From Podarcis gaigeae (Eukaryota): a DNA stretch of 64,000 nt. The first letter of the stretch is position 1; every line of letters begins with the position of its first letter. Made by a program: the position numbers and the translations under genes. Below the pieces are notes generated by a model. The model did not search any database, had not been told where the DNA came from, and was given only the letters and a program-made list of their open reading frames with translations. The stretch lies in the NCBI GenBank assembly GCA_964106915.2, contig OZ066918.1; one strand, given 5' to 3'. Below, in pieces: positions 1 through 13,091 of this stretch.

Positions 1-1857
1 CACTTACTCTGAGTAGTCTCCACCATAAAACCAAATGGGTGGTGGTGGGGAGGCTCCTGCATACAGGGGCCAATATGCCCATGGACCTTTGGGGTGAAAT
101 TAGCCAGCTCAAGGCAGACATTTACAAGATTTTATGTTAACAAACAGGGTGTCAAAATCCAGCAGCAAAATCTATATCAGAGTGTCAGCATAAGCAAGAG
201 AACTCTGGAAGGGGAGGGGGTAAGATGGGGGAATGTAAGGGGAGGCACCTCCACACACACACTAATTCTGCCTCATGCACACACCACTTGCTACATAACC
301 AGTAACACACACAATCATACTCTACCACACACATCTTACGTGCTGCTTAAGTATACTGTATGCACAACAACCAGATCTCTCATATGTAGGCCAGACAATA
401 AGCTGTTTTCTGTAGAAAAAAGAGGGGAGACGTCAACGTGTGCTATTTGGATAGATAAGAAAAGAATTCTGGCTCATACTGTTGCCTCCTACAGGGCTTA
501 AAGCTCGCTGGTAGCCACACAGCGCATGAAATGCCAAAAGTTGTTAAAATACCATAGCCTCCGTTGTCTTTTCCCCAGGCAGACAAATAGTTGAGGGCGA
601 TCATCACACCTCGCTTTCTCCTCCCTCACACTGACAGGACCAGGCTGCCTGCGTGGCCTTACATTTCATGCTGAAAGGGTTTTTAATCACAACCCCTCTG
701 TGGGCTGTAGGGGGATCAGGCCAGATGCTACTTTGCGATCATAGACATTAATATGCTTGGCATTCCCCAGTAGGTGGCTTGGAAGAGGCAATATGAGTTA
801 CTGCAGTTCTTTACCTGTCACTGTAATGGAGTGAAGTAAATTTATGCCTTGACAGGGTCCCAAAGCACAATGTAGGCTGTTTCTATAGTGATCATTCACC
901 CGCTGCCAAAATGCAGCTGTCTCTGGGGTTGAGCACAACAGCTGTTCTGCGTCAACAACATGGCAAAGGATTTGCGAGGAGAAGCCTACTGGATGGAGGC
1001 TCAGGGGGAAGCAAGGTATGGCTGAGGCAAAATGGTGACCAGAAAGTAGGTGCTACAAAGAATGGGAGACCAACTACATCTTTATCCCTGGCAGGTCTGA
1101 TGTTTTAAGATCATGAACCACCAGAACTTGGGATTAATCTCCAATCAGTATTTCACATTTCTGCCTATTTCACAAGAGGCACCTTGTGAGTTGTGAAATA
1201 AATCACAAACAGTGCAGTGTGGTTAGAACCAGTCACAAAGTGTTTGTGGGCCCTGCTGGGGGCGTAATGAGGCAAAGCCAGCCAATGGTTTTAGCAGAAA
1301 TGTAAGGCCACATGAGAGGGCCACATCTTCCCATAGCATACTCCAACCTTCTTCAACTGGGTATCCTACAGATATTTTGAGCTATTGAGTTTCCTCAGTT
1401 CCAGTTAGTACAGCTGATGGGATGATCATTGTTGTACAAAACATGTGGAAGACACTTGACTGGAGAAGACTTTACAAACTGAGTGGGGTGGGAGATTGTG
1501 CTTTGCTGTTGTTTATGACTGAAGATGTTTCACATGTATTTACAGTGCTTCAAGAAGCTGCAGGACTCATTTCACCAGAACCATAGTGAGACGAAAGAAA
1601 TACATGTATGCTGCAGTCAATGATGCCTCTGTCATATTGCCACCATCTCTTGTTAAACCTATTGGGTACAATTCAACAAGGTTTTCCTCAGAGTAGACCC
1701 ACAGAAATTATTGGTCCTGACTTCATTTCAATGGACCTATTCCAAGTACAACTTGGTCTTGATACAGGTGGCTACAGCAGTGGAACAGATCAGAATAACA
1801 GCAACAGCAAGGGTCTAATACTTTATTTTCAGGTTCAGATTTGTACGACAGAAGAAT

Positions 1858-2045
1858 GGGCCGTAGCTCAGTGACAGGGCATCTGCTTTGAAGGAAGAAG
1901 ACCACAGGTTTAATCCCAAGGTAGGATAGGATTGGAAATGTCCCCTATCTGGAAGCCTAGACAGCCACTGCACATCAGTGCAGACAGCACAGAGCTAGAC
2001 GGGCAAATAATCCAGCTCACTATAAAGCAGCTTCCTATATTCCTA
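1858..2045 (+). mobile_element. tRNA-derived SINE, Squam2-like, degraded
   Basis: Head GGGCCGTAGCTCAGTG (box A), decayed box B (GGTTTAATCC), and tail ...GAGCTAGACGGGCAAAT...TATAAAGCAGCTTCCTATATTCCTA. Confidence 0.7.
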
Positions 2046-4542
2046 CACTTCTGTCACATTGAGGTGCCCAGAATTCACCCTCTTCCTCACACACAGCAGC
2101 AACTTGTAGCATTTGTGATGGCTCCAGGTGGTTTTTATAGGGTTTTGATTTCCAGGTGGCAATGGTGGAAAGCAACCAAACTGGACACTCACTTGTGCAG
2201 ACACTAAACAGAAGAGTCTAAACTCATGTTCCTCACCCCACTGCAATCAAGAATTGTGGTGGTGGCAGTGGCATTCTGAAAGTTGCTCAGATGTGCATTA
2301 CAAGCAGTTGCACAGAAATGAGAAGGCTGCTTGTGCACAGTTGCTTTCCAATATTTTAAGACTACAATATTAGAATAGCAACCAACGGCTAAGAAATAAG
2401 GGGGCACTCTATAACTCAGAGGTGCAAAACTGGATACAGCTGATGGGTCAAATCCGTACCCACTGTGGACTAACTTTGGACATCGCATGACAACCTCAAA
2501 GTGATAGCTTAACCATTCTGTGGTTTCTTCTAGGAAAGTAAAACCTGCATGACTTGGAGGTGAGATTGGACCAAGTAAAGGGTCTAGCCAGATTATTGAT
2601 TCAAGAATGCTTTCCAACATCCTTTGGAAAAAGTAGGGTTGTTGCTGAGTTAAGCCAGAAGCAGCACTGAAAGTGTATTGCATTTTTATTGGCATTCCAA
2701 TAATATCTTGCTCGGTGCCACAGGCACAGTGATGAATGTGAATACAATCCTTGGCCAGAACATCGTGATGCTTTTTAGGTACTTTCAAGCCCAAAGTTAT
2801 TCTGTTCAGGATAGCTAAGGCTGTCAGGCACTTCCAGAATGAGGTGTGTCTGGAAGGACCGTGCACACACAGACACTGAGGGCACATCCACACTTGCACT
2901 TGCCCCATGCCTAGAAAGCACAGGACTGAGCAGTTTTCCCCTTGCCCCACTCCTTTCCCAGGGAAAATTCACTCTTTAGCTTTAAATCAGAACAAACTGA
3001 CTGCTGCAATTGAGCACCAATGAGTAGTTAAAGAGCGCTAAAGGGAAGGCAATGGGACAAGGGAAAGTGTGGATAAGCCCAGGCACTTTATTTGCCTACT
3101 CACTGTGTGCCAGTTCACACAACCATCCTTAGCATGCTCATCAACACAAGGTAACTTTTTAATGACTTTGGCCTGTTTTGATCTGGCCTAGTGAATTCTC
3201 TACACACGACCAACATTGTGCTTCATTACATTCCTAAGAAAACTTTGCAAAGATGGTTAAAACAGGGTATGTCAGGTCACAATGTGGACTTGCACAGCAG
3301 CCCTGACCTGAATCTAGTGAAGCAAACAGACCTGCCTTTTGTCCCCATCACTGCCCCGCGTGAAGTCTGCAGAGGCACCCTGCGGATAAAGGGACAGTGC
3401 CAGCACAGCACCGTCAGACAAGGAGAACTCAGCCCCCACTGCGCTTTCTTTGCAAGTCTACTGGGAGGTCATATTTTGCTGCACGTTCAGTGCAGGTGAC
3501 AGTAGGTCTATGTGATCTTCAGCCACATGGTTTGACTAGCTCCATAGCAAGTGTTCTGTTCCCTTCATTTCTTGTTTAGTCTTCTGACTAACTGCCTACC
3601 GAGGACACATACAGCAGCTGTGTCTGGGAAGAGACTACAAAGATGGGGATGAATGACTCAAGGGAGTTGGTGACAGAAGATTCAATAGGAAGTTGTACCT
3701 GAAAACGATGGGGCAGGACAGATGGAAGGGACAGGATCTGATCCTAACCTACCAGAAGCAAGTACACCAACTGACTTAAAAGACAAAACCTATTCATCGG
3801 ACAAATCCCTTTAAAAACCAAAACATATTGGGTGGCATTCAACTAAGTTGTACTCAGAGTAGACCCACTGAAATCAATGATCCTAACTTAGTGCTGTAAT
3901 GTTCATTCCTTTGAGTAAAACAGAATTGAATAACCCCCTATTTCTTTTGCAGCCGCTTTATATGTGAAGTTTAGTTCCAAGAGAGAATTCTGTCCAATTG
4001 TAAAGGAAAATGAGGAGACAGAGAATGAATCCATGGTGACATCCAGAAACAGCAACAACAATGGAGAGGCATTACTCATTTTCACTAGTAATTGTGAAGC
4101 AGAGCTCACTTTGGAAAGCAGAGATTTCCTGCTTCTAACTGTGTCTCGCTTTCCTTCATATGAAAAGAGCACACGGAAATCTGCCTGCTGAACAGGGTAC
4201 TGTGAAATCAAGGCTGTTACCTGGACAGCAGAGAATTAGCAGCACAATGCTTACGTCTCCCCAGCAGGCTCTGCAATCAAAGGTTGCAGCCTGGGAGGCA
4301 CTCTATTTTTAACTTGATTTTGATTTTAAATCCATATGGACGTGTTAAAGTCACTGGAGAAATGGGAAAGTTGTGTGGGCTTTGAATTCCTACTCAGCTC
4401 AAAATATCTCCTTTCATCACATCTCTGCGGGTGAAGAGCCCATTTTGCAGGCACTGAATTGCTTAAATGACATTTAGGGGCAACAGGCGCAGCGAAAATT
4501 GGACTACTCGGCTATAGCAGAGGACCCAGTGCCTTCGACAAA

Positions 4543-4563
4543 ACCAGCACCAAGGAGAGCTAC
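4543..4563 (+). promoter_or_regulatory. Candidate RE1/NRSE (REST binding site) in KCNIP2 intron 1
   Basis: ACCAGCACCAAGGAGAGCTAC matches NTYAGMRCCNNRGMSAG except at position 2, with canonical 2-bp spacing. Confidence 0.6.
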
Positions 4564-4942
4564 AGGCCTCTAGAGGGATTTTGCTAGTCCCCAGTGCAAG
4601 GGGTTCCTTATCTACTAGGCCCTTTTCCAGGTGTGGGGTAACCAGGAAGGCCCCAGGGGGCATGCCTTCCCTTAGTAAGCCAGACACACCTGAGATGCAT
4701 CTTGATGCTTTACCTTGGTGGCTTTACCCCCTTCTGTGTTATCTTCCAGATGCCCACTTGCCTTTCTCAGGTGGGTCTGTTCACTCAGGTTGCCTTGACT
4801 TGGACACGGAAGAGACTATTCATCAAGAATTCCCTTTGGTTTTGCAAAGGGGGCACCACACCTAATCCAGGCAGCAAATAGTTCTAATTGTCTGGAGCAA
4901 GGTGCATCTCCCAACGCTAAATAAAGAAGACTCATTTCTCCA

Positions 4943-4947
<5 letters not shown>

Positions 4948-4984
<37 letters not shown>
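4948..4984. repeat. (CA)n microsatellite, about 18 units
   Basis: Read directly from the sequence. Confidence 0.95.
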
Positions 4985-4986
<2 letters not shown>

Positions 4987-5229
4987 CCAGCCAACATGCT
5001 CCAGGTGCCCCCTAGGTAAGCCACGGGGCCAGATTTCAAGGGACGAAGTCAACATCGAGCAAGCGCCCACTTTGGCTAAGTGGAAGTTTGCACAGGGACT
5101 GCAGGTCGCCCAAGAGAATGGCGAGGGCGCACAAAGGGACACTGATGCGTGTGTGAAGTTCAGAGGGAACATTTTAGACCCGGGACCTCTACCCTGCTCC
5201 AGGTAGTTTGCCGCTAGAGGGATGCTACC

Positions 5230-6310
5230 CTTTCCCGCAGCGCCCCCGAGCCGAGCGCCCTGCCAGCCCGGGAGGAACTCACCGGTTAGTTGGTCGTAAG
5301 AACCGTCGAGGTCGCGGGAGTCGGAGAGGCTCTCTTTCCTGTCCTTGCCGCGCATCTTGCGGAGCGGAGACGCCCCGGGGCGCTGGGACGGGACGGGCAC
5401 CGACTGCGCGCCTCCTCTCGCCTAGCTGTCCTCCTCTCTGGCGCCCGGGATCCAGCTCCTCCCTCCCCTCCCTCCCTCCTTCCCCCCGGCGCCCTCGACA
5501 GATCCTCCCGGCGGGGCGCGGGGCCGGGGCAAGCGGCGTCCAGCTCCCCGGCAACAGGAGAAGCGAGCGCCCGCTCTCTCCCCTCCTCCTCCTCCGACTG
5601 CCTTCTCCACCTCCCCCGCCAGCTTCTGCGCACAGCCGCTTTCCTCCCGTTCACACGGGTGGGCTTCTACACCGGGTTAAGGGAGAAGGAGATTGCCTCC
5701 CCTGAGGCGAGCGAGACTCCGCGCCTGGTCCTTCCCGTCTTCTTTACCGCCCCACGCCGAGGGTGGCGCTTCACGCTGGAACTAACACTCTCTTTCCCGG
5801 GAGGGGAGGGGAGGGTTTTCTACCGTGCACGCCGGCTGGGAAACTGAGGAATGAAAAAAAAAAGTGTGTGAGGGGGGTCAGTTAGACACGTGTCTCCGGA
5901 GGCCGGGAGACACGTGCGCCGGTACACAAATACGCGCGCCGGCGTCGCGAGCTCGCTTCCTCGACGCCCTCCCACAGTTGCAGAGCGAGGGCGCACAGGG
6001 AGGCCGCCCCTTCGGGGGCAGGCGAGGCGCGCACCCGCCCACCAGGCCTTGCGCGGAGATCCGGGAGCAGAGGAGCCGCGAGCAAAAGGGGAGAGTTCCA
6101 GCCGGGTACTATGCAAATCAAGCCCATCCACCCGCGCTCGCAGAGGCCGGGGATGGGGCCCACCGTTGAGACTTCGCCATTCCGAAGGCGCCTCCTTGCG
6201 CCCATCGCACGCTGCGTAGCGCTGCACGTGCGGACGCTTCGCCGACGGCCCTCGCCACTACAATCCGCTCTAGGCGGTTTTCAGAGGAGCAGGTGGGACT
6301 CCGAGGTCTT
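5230..6310. promoter_or_regulatory. CpG island / KCNIP2 promoter and 5'UTR
   Basis: Very GC- and CpG-rich compared with the CpG-depleted flanks, and covers the KCNIP2 start codon and upstream DNA. Contains CACGTG at 5887, 5911 and 6225 and octamer ATGCAAAT at 6111. Confidence 0.85.
5283..5355 (-). CDS. KCNIP2: Kv channel-interacting protein 2 (KChIP2), first coding exon; the rest of the gene lies beyond the window start
   Basis: ATG at 5355-5353 gives [24 protein letters not shown](G), matching the KChIP2 N-terminus as I recall it (human [25 protein letters not shown]). 73 nt, phase 1, followed by donor G|GTGAGT (5282-5277). Sits in a CpG island and is syntenic with ARMH3. Confidence 0.95.
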
Positions 6311-7213
6311 AGAAGGAACCAGTCCTTGGGGTGGGGTTGCCACTTCCACCACTCTTTAAAAAAAAAACCAAAAAAACACCTGGCTCCGTTATTATGAAAA
6401 AATAATAAGCCCAAGGTGGGAGAGCTTCACCGGTTGAATTCTGCCTGTTGCATCCTCTTAGAGCGCAGGAGCTTACCAGGAAGCGGTGGCAGGTCCTAAG
6501 ACCAGCTAGAAAGGCTGGTGGTAGGGATATATGGGTCGCGCTGACTAAAGGAAGTTCCTCACTGAGGAGGCCCAATAGCCAGACAGCGGGCAGCTGTCAG
6601 AGGGCCAGTAGCTAAGCTAAGAGAACACCTGCCCTGGATGGATTTCAGATGCTGGATCAGAGGTATCACAGCATGGTGATGTATTTCGTTCCAGCAGTGC
6701 ACTCTAGATGGATTGCAGCCTGTCCTGGTCCAGTACCCATCCACTTGCCTAATGAGGACCTTTATAGAGACCACAGCGTGTTTACAGCAAGGGATGGTGG
6801 ACTGTACTGGCCCAGGGTTGCCACAAAAGAAAATGCATCACAGTGGTCCAGGAATAAGTTGCAGGGCATATCCCAGTAAGTTGGAAAGGAGATTTATGCG
6901 AATAACAGCTTCTTGGCTAGATTGCCACATAGCCCATCTCACTCTTGGCTTCTTGGTTGTTCCTTTCGGTAATTCTCATGTTTTTCTTAAAACAAAAAAT
7001 GCTAGGAAAATGTTGGCTTTTTTAAAAAAGAGGGCATCTTTCTGTGAAGCCTGGAAATGCAGATAACGCATCTTCTTCACTTTCCTCGACCCACACCATT
7101 AATCTTAATTAATGAGTACTGCTCATATTCTGGTCTCTGCTGTACTGCTAAAACGCCAGCCAAATTGATTCCAGCCTTAACCCAGTCTACGATACCACCG
7201 TGGAGAAACTGAA

Positions 7214-7243
7214 CTGTTCCATGGTGGCCAACAGGTGGCGTGG
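7214..7243 (+). promoter_or_regulatory. Candidate CTCF site (core plus upstream motif)
   Basis: TGGCCAACAGGTGGCG (7225-7240) resembles the CTCF core; CTGTTCC lies a few bp upstream, like the U-motif. Confidence 0.5.
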
Positions 7244-10183
7244 GGGAGCCACGCCTCTATATAATACCCCCCCATCAGTACTTCCATGGCTGCTGTTGCT
7301 CCTTTGCCTCGCCTCCCCGACATCAAATAATTTCCTTAATTACAATACCTGTATTCAGCACTGGCAGAGCTGGCTCAGGATGACATGGGCTGCTCCAGTC
7401 AATATGTCCTTCTCTGTTCTTGCCCATTTTCTTTGCAAGAGGAATTTGGAGTTTGTACATCTCCCCACAGAGCTGGGGCAGAGGAAGTAAACAGTTCATT
7501 CATTTTATTAAAGATTTGTGAAATACCCCCAAGCCACACCCATTTGGAGGAGCTAACATTCCACGTAATTATTGAGCACTATCAAAAGGAAGGGGACAAG
7601 ACTAATTAGAGTTTCTCCTTTTCCCCTTCCTGAGGTGCTTTATTTCCCAAAGAGCATAAGAAAGCTACAGACCTTTGGAGACCTGGAGCTGATGGCGTGT
7701 TCTCATTGTGCCCTGTGATGGATGTGGAGATTCATTTCCCTGAAGCAAATGCCACCTGAAATTCTTCCAAGTGAATGTGGGCAGCCTGTGCTCATCAGGG
7801 AAATGGGCTGCTTGAAATACCTTTGGTCCGGGATAAGGGGTTTTTTGTGGGGGGGGGGTGCCCTCTGGCCCTGCACTTGACAGTCCAGAGGGGCACAGAG
7901 TGATAGCCCCAGCCTTGGGACTTGTGGGCTGCTGTCCATAAGCAATTCAGAAAGTGCCCTTTTCTTAGTACCAAGCAGGAACCACAAGTGTGAGCTGGCA
8001 GAGAAAGTGGGAAGCTGATTGACAGGGCTGATCTGCAGGGAAAGGATGCAGATTTGGGGGGGGGGCATTCACGAACAGCTGATTATTTCATTTATTATTA
8101 GAGTTTTGCTAACCTGGTTGAGGAGAGAGCTGCCACATTGATGTGCTCGATCAAGCAGTAAACTTTATGGGACCATCTTCCTGTTCTGTTTTCTCCAAGA
8201 GACTGGGTAGAAAAGGGGCCTGGAAGCAATTTTGCTCAGCCTTTTTGCAGAGAGTGCCAGGTCCTCAGGTCTCAGTTATGTTTTTCAGGGAACTCCAGAT
8301 ATCCTTTGCCTAATAGGAGTGGGGTCTCTGCAAGTTACAGGAGCCCTCAGTGGCACCACAATGCAAGACTGTATAACACAAATACAGAACGGCAAAAAGA
8401 AGGTATTGGGAACATGTGTGAATGTGCAAGAGTTGCATTAAGCCTGCTGTAGCAAGGGAGTTGCCAGAGTATGTGCATATCACAGCTCCTCTAGAAATGC
8501 CTGGATCTCAAATTATCAGCATCCTCCCCCGCTTTTTTAAAAGTAAGCTTTCTGTGAAGGGTGCTGCCTTCCCCGTGCAGAGAGAGAAGGCAAACACGGG
8601 GGGGGGGGCAGGGAGGGGGAGAGGGAAAGAGAAACTGACTAGGGAAAACTTGAGAAATGTCATTGTTAATTTCATCTGATAGATGGAGTGTCACACAGAG
8701 AGCAGCTGACACCAGATTGACAGCAGTCTGTCTGGAGGGCGCACACATGGGAGACTGAGGTGAGTGCCATTTATCAAATGAACAGATCAATCGGGATTAT
8801 AGTATTTATTTCCTGTGATTAATATTTGAACTCCAATTCATCTTGCTTGAGAGTTCCAGTCTCCAATGATTCACTTTAAAGAAAAAGTCCGCACTGGAAT
8901 TTCCCAGGCAATTGCAGATAGAAGCAAAGGTACCAAATTGCCTCACCCCAAAAAGGATTCATAATGGCAGAATTCAGTAACCAGTTTTGCTAGTGGAAGC
9001 CCATGCCCATAGAAGGACTACTAGTGTAGTGGGGCTACCTACTCCCCAAAATTGGCTCAGGGAGGTCAGGAGAACCTCCAGACTTGCACATGGGGATGAG
9101 AAGCTTGCTCTGACAGAACACTTTCTCAAAACCAGCTGATTTCCCTATCCTTCCCTGACTTAACCCCAAGCCCCAAAGGGCAGCCCAGGTAAGATGGTCT
9201 TACAAGGGCCCAGAGTCTGCAGGAAGGGCAATCCATTGCTGCTGCTTCTAGGTCCTTTATGCTCCTAGAGGTGTCTCTCCCCATGAGAGTTTTACTGGCC
9301 TTGGCAAGTGCTCTCTGTCCTACTCCTCCCCATTCCCTTTCCCTGGAACTTTCTTGCATATAGAGTCTCTGGAGAAAACACTATCTTGGCACCTTTCTCG
9401 CCATGTTCAAGGCAAAGGAGACATATGCCTAGTATTCTCACACCCCTAGGACCAATCAAAGGAAGACCGCTGGCTATTCCACATTTTCTCGTTCAAAAAG
9501 CCTGGGTGGCTTAGGCTACCTTGACTGCAGGTTGTCCTCTGAAGAGCAGTAACACCTCCTCCAGCCCCCTATGTTGCAGAGCAGGTGGTACCCACACACA
9601 GACCCAGGAGCCTGGAAGGAGATCACCTCTTGCTCTTGTGGCCCCCAGTGCCCTTCTCCTGCTTTCCTTCCCCCTCTTCTTGAGCTCTTGCCTTGATAGA
9701 AAATCTCTTTCTAATCATTTCTCCTGCTTGCATGCAGCCCTCCCTTCTCCCTCTCCTCCACCCCCATTCACTCCGATGGTGAGTGGGAGGGTTATTAATT
9801 TGAGGTTTTCCTTGCTCGTGCTCTAAATACCGAATACAGCGTTCAGCATTCCCACAGCAAATGAGACACACATTTCGCTTAGGAGGCAGTGGGAGAAAAT
9901 GATGCAGCTCCTTCCACAAATTAATTGCTGAAGAGAAAGAGAGAGAAATGGGGAGGCAATCTGACTCTGATTCAACTTGTTTGCAAAGTTGAAGCAAGAG
10001 GGGGACAAGAAAAGGCTCTTGCCTGTGCTCACAGGGGGAATCAGTGACGTGGTAGGAGTGCGTCAGTTTGAACCAAGGACTTCAGCAGAGTTATTTGGAA
10101 GGCACCACAAGACCAGAGGGAGAGGGCATGTCAGAATAGAGTGGCCGTCACTGACATGGTGAGAACTCCGAAGGTATTGTAAG

Positions 10184-10212
10184 TAGATAGATAGATATAG
10201 ATATAGATATAT
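10184..10212. repeat. (TAGA)n/(TAGATA)n simple repeat
   Basis: tagatagatagatatagatatagatata. Confidence 0.8.
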
Positions 10213-11301
10213 AGGCTCAGAGGGTGTCCATGACTGTTCCGTAACAGGGCTGCACACTAGGGACAAAGCAGCTGCCCTTCTCTTGGAGAACCTTGCAGCC
10301 AAGAAGGGGGAAAACTGATCAATAAGCCATTGAGCTAATCCCACTGGCACAAGAAAGGGAACACTCACAGCAAGACAGATTCCTTTGCCCTGAAGTACCA
10401 GGGCAAATCAAGAGAGGCTGTGGTTCATGTCCCCTTGGTGCAAGTTGCCGTATGCAAAAATGGCAAAAGCTAGGCTTGCCATATATCAAAAACTAAAAAC
10501 CAGGATATCCTGAATGTTGTTGAGCTGGTTTATTTTTAAATAAAACCACTGAACTTGTTGGGATTTTTTTTACACAAACCCCAAGGTTGTTTAGCCATTT
10601 TTTATTTATTATTTTATAACACCAAAAAAAAAAAGATTATTTCTTTTCAATTGACTTGCCAAAGATCCAAAGTGCTGCCTTTGGGAAATCCCCCCCCCCA
10701 TGTCAATTCTGCCTTTGAAATCCCAGTAATGTCCAGGGAAACCCAGACGTATGGGAGCTCAACAAAAGCTTCCATTTTATTTGGAAGGCAGAAGGCTGCC
10801 TTTTCTCTTCTAGGGATGCTACTAGCCCTGCCAATTTCCCCCTGCAGCAAAGAGCACATGCTGAGCCCACACCTTTAGGAGATCTGTCAGAAGTGGTAAA
10901 GATTCATTAGGATCATAGAGCCCATACCAAATCCAATTTGGTTTATTTAAAAAATGTATGGAGTTGGTAAGGATGAAGGAATCAATACTGGTTTGAAATA
11001 ATATAAAAACACAAATTCTAACCTATGACTAAATGCACTTTCAATATATATTTCACTTTTTACTTTAAAGGCTTGCATCTTAGCAGTGTTCCATGGTTCA
11101 AGGGTACAGTAGCTTTGTAAACAAGCATTTTGGTTTCCCTACAAATGTCCCGGTCCTCAAACACTCTGCACTTCAACAGGGAGAAAGCCGCACTCGCAGA
11201 GCTCAGGCGATGCTGGATTTCTGCATCAATGTCAGCCTTTGTAGAAAGATAACTGCCCAGGTAGATTCAAGTGATTCAAGGGCAAGGATATACTGTAACT
11301 A

Positions 11302-11657
11302 AAGTTAAGGTAAAGGGATCCCTGACCATTAGGTCCAGTCGTGGCCGACTCTGGGGTTGTGGCGCTTATCTCACTTTATTGGCCGAGGGAGCCGGCATAC
11401 AGCTTCCGGATCATGTGGCTAGCATGACTAAGCCGCTTCTGGCGAACCAGAGCAGCACGCAGAAACGCCGTTTACCTTCCCGCTAGAGCGGTACTTATTT
11501 ATCTACTTGCACTTTGACGTGCTTTCGAACTGCTAGGTTGGCAGGAGCAGGGACCGAGCAACGGGAGCTCACCCCGTCGCGGGGATTCGAACCGCCAACC
11601 TTCTGATCGGCAAGTCCTCGGCTCTGTGGTTTAACCCACAGCGCCACCCACATCCCT
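11302..11657 (-). mobile_element. Sauria SINE (Squam1), full length
   Basis: tRNA-derived head with box B GGTTCGAATCC on the minus strand, (ACCTTT)-type tail, and 13-bp target-site duplication TATACTGTAACTA at 11289-11301 and 11658-11670. Confidence 0.9.
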
Positions 11658-12121
11658 TATACTGTAACTATACCTCACCAAATTCCCAAATCTGATACAA
11701 TAGCTGTTTTTCTCTTTTTTATAGTACAGTACAGTACAGTACTCCTATCTCCAGAATGACATTCTCTCTCTATCCCACCACAATTGTTTTTTAAAAAAAT
11801 GCCAAAATGTACACTTTATCTAGCCTGGCTTTTTAGCTGTTACAAAGAGGAACAATTTCCTTTGATAGTCTATCAAATAGCCTGTGGTATTTCTCTTGAA
11901 AGGTGTCAAACAAAGAGGGAATCTCTGCCAGAGTCCAATCCACAGCCCATCTTTCAGCTAATGTGAATAGAATAGTGTGGGGAGGTTGCCAGCTACCAAT
12001 TACCAGCACACCAAGATCTCTAATGTGATGATGGTACAGTGGGGTACATAGTGCAAAGAGAAATCCTGTTTTCTACTCAGTCCATAGAGAGTTCCAAAAA
12101 TATATATGTGCCAGTTACTTT

Positions 12122-12200
12122 TAAGAACATAAGGAGAGCCTGCTGGATCGGACCAGTGGCTGCTCTAGTTCAGCATCCTGCTCTGGCCATGGCCAAAAAT
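12122..12200 (-). mobile_element. CR1-type LINE 3' end fragment
   Basis: TAAGAACATAAGGAGAGCCTGCTGGATCGGACCAGTGG..., the reverse of the same 3' terminus seen at 38200-38261. Confidence 0.6.
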
Positions 12201-13091
12201 GTTGAAATTTATCTTCCCTCCCTCTTTTGATTTGTTCATGAGTTGTAAGATCTAAGTGGTTTCCCACTTTTCTGCAGAGCTTTTTTTTTAAAAGAGTGAA
12301 CTACATTGCTTTACTTAGTTTGAATTTCTAATATGCTGCTGTGGCCCCTTAGGAGTTACAGTGCTGGAAGTTAAGCTCCTGCCTGTCTAATATTAGACTT
12401 GTAGGTGCATTTTACTTTTGTGTATTGTGCAGCTTGTTTCATTTTCTCTTACGCTTCCCACCTTCTCTTTAATAAACTTGGAACTCGTTCTAGTTAGACA
12501 CAGAGTATTACATAATGAAGGCAGATTCGCAGGCATTGAAGACAGCTTCCAGATTTTAAACCTTTGTGACACCTGGCTGAAATTAAACTCTGCATATATT
12601 CAGGGGACTGGTGCTGAGTCCTGGCACTGAACTCAAAACCACAGGTTCTTGTTCCCAGTGAGAGCTTTCCTGTCATTGCGGATAGCAGGTGTGGAATCAT
12701 TCCATTCAGATTGGGTCCAGGGTGGGGGCAAAAGCTTGAAGCCTCCCTCCTCCACACCAGCTATTTTTATTTTTTTTAAAGCCCATGGCAAAATAATGTC
12801 ACATCAAGTTTGGCTCTCAGCCTTAATCCCCCACTGCAATTTGAGGATAAAACCACTCACTTTTGGGGGGTTTTCTTCTTCTAAAAGGTCTACATATATG
12901 TGAAACGCTTTGCAGACAGTGAAATATTCTGCCAATGCTACTGTTATTATTATTGACCCAAGTTGTTTCCATACAATCATAGAATTTTATCATCTCCAAT
13001 AGAATATAATTTCCATCCTATCAATGCAGCCCAGACTGGTCACAGAGGACAGAACTGCACCTTATAAACAACCTGTGTTGATCCCGGAGTC

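Noticed and set aside
4816-5400. 194-aa ORF as a complete protein
   Set aside because: Only 5283-5355 is KCNIP2 coding. The rest is 5'UTR and read-through past a canonical donor, including the CA repeat (CVCVCV).
5208-6414. Many overlapping Pro/Arg/Gly-rich ORFs
   Set aside because: Expected scarcity of stop codons in a CpG island; no recognisable domains.
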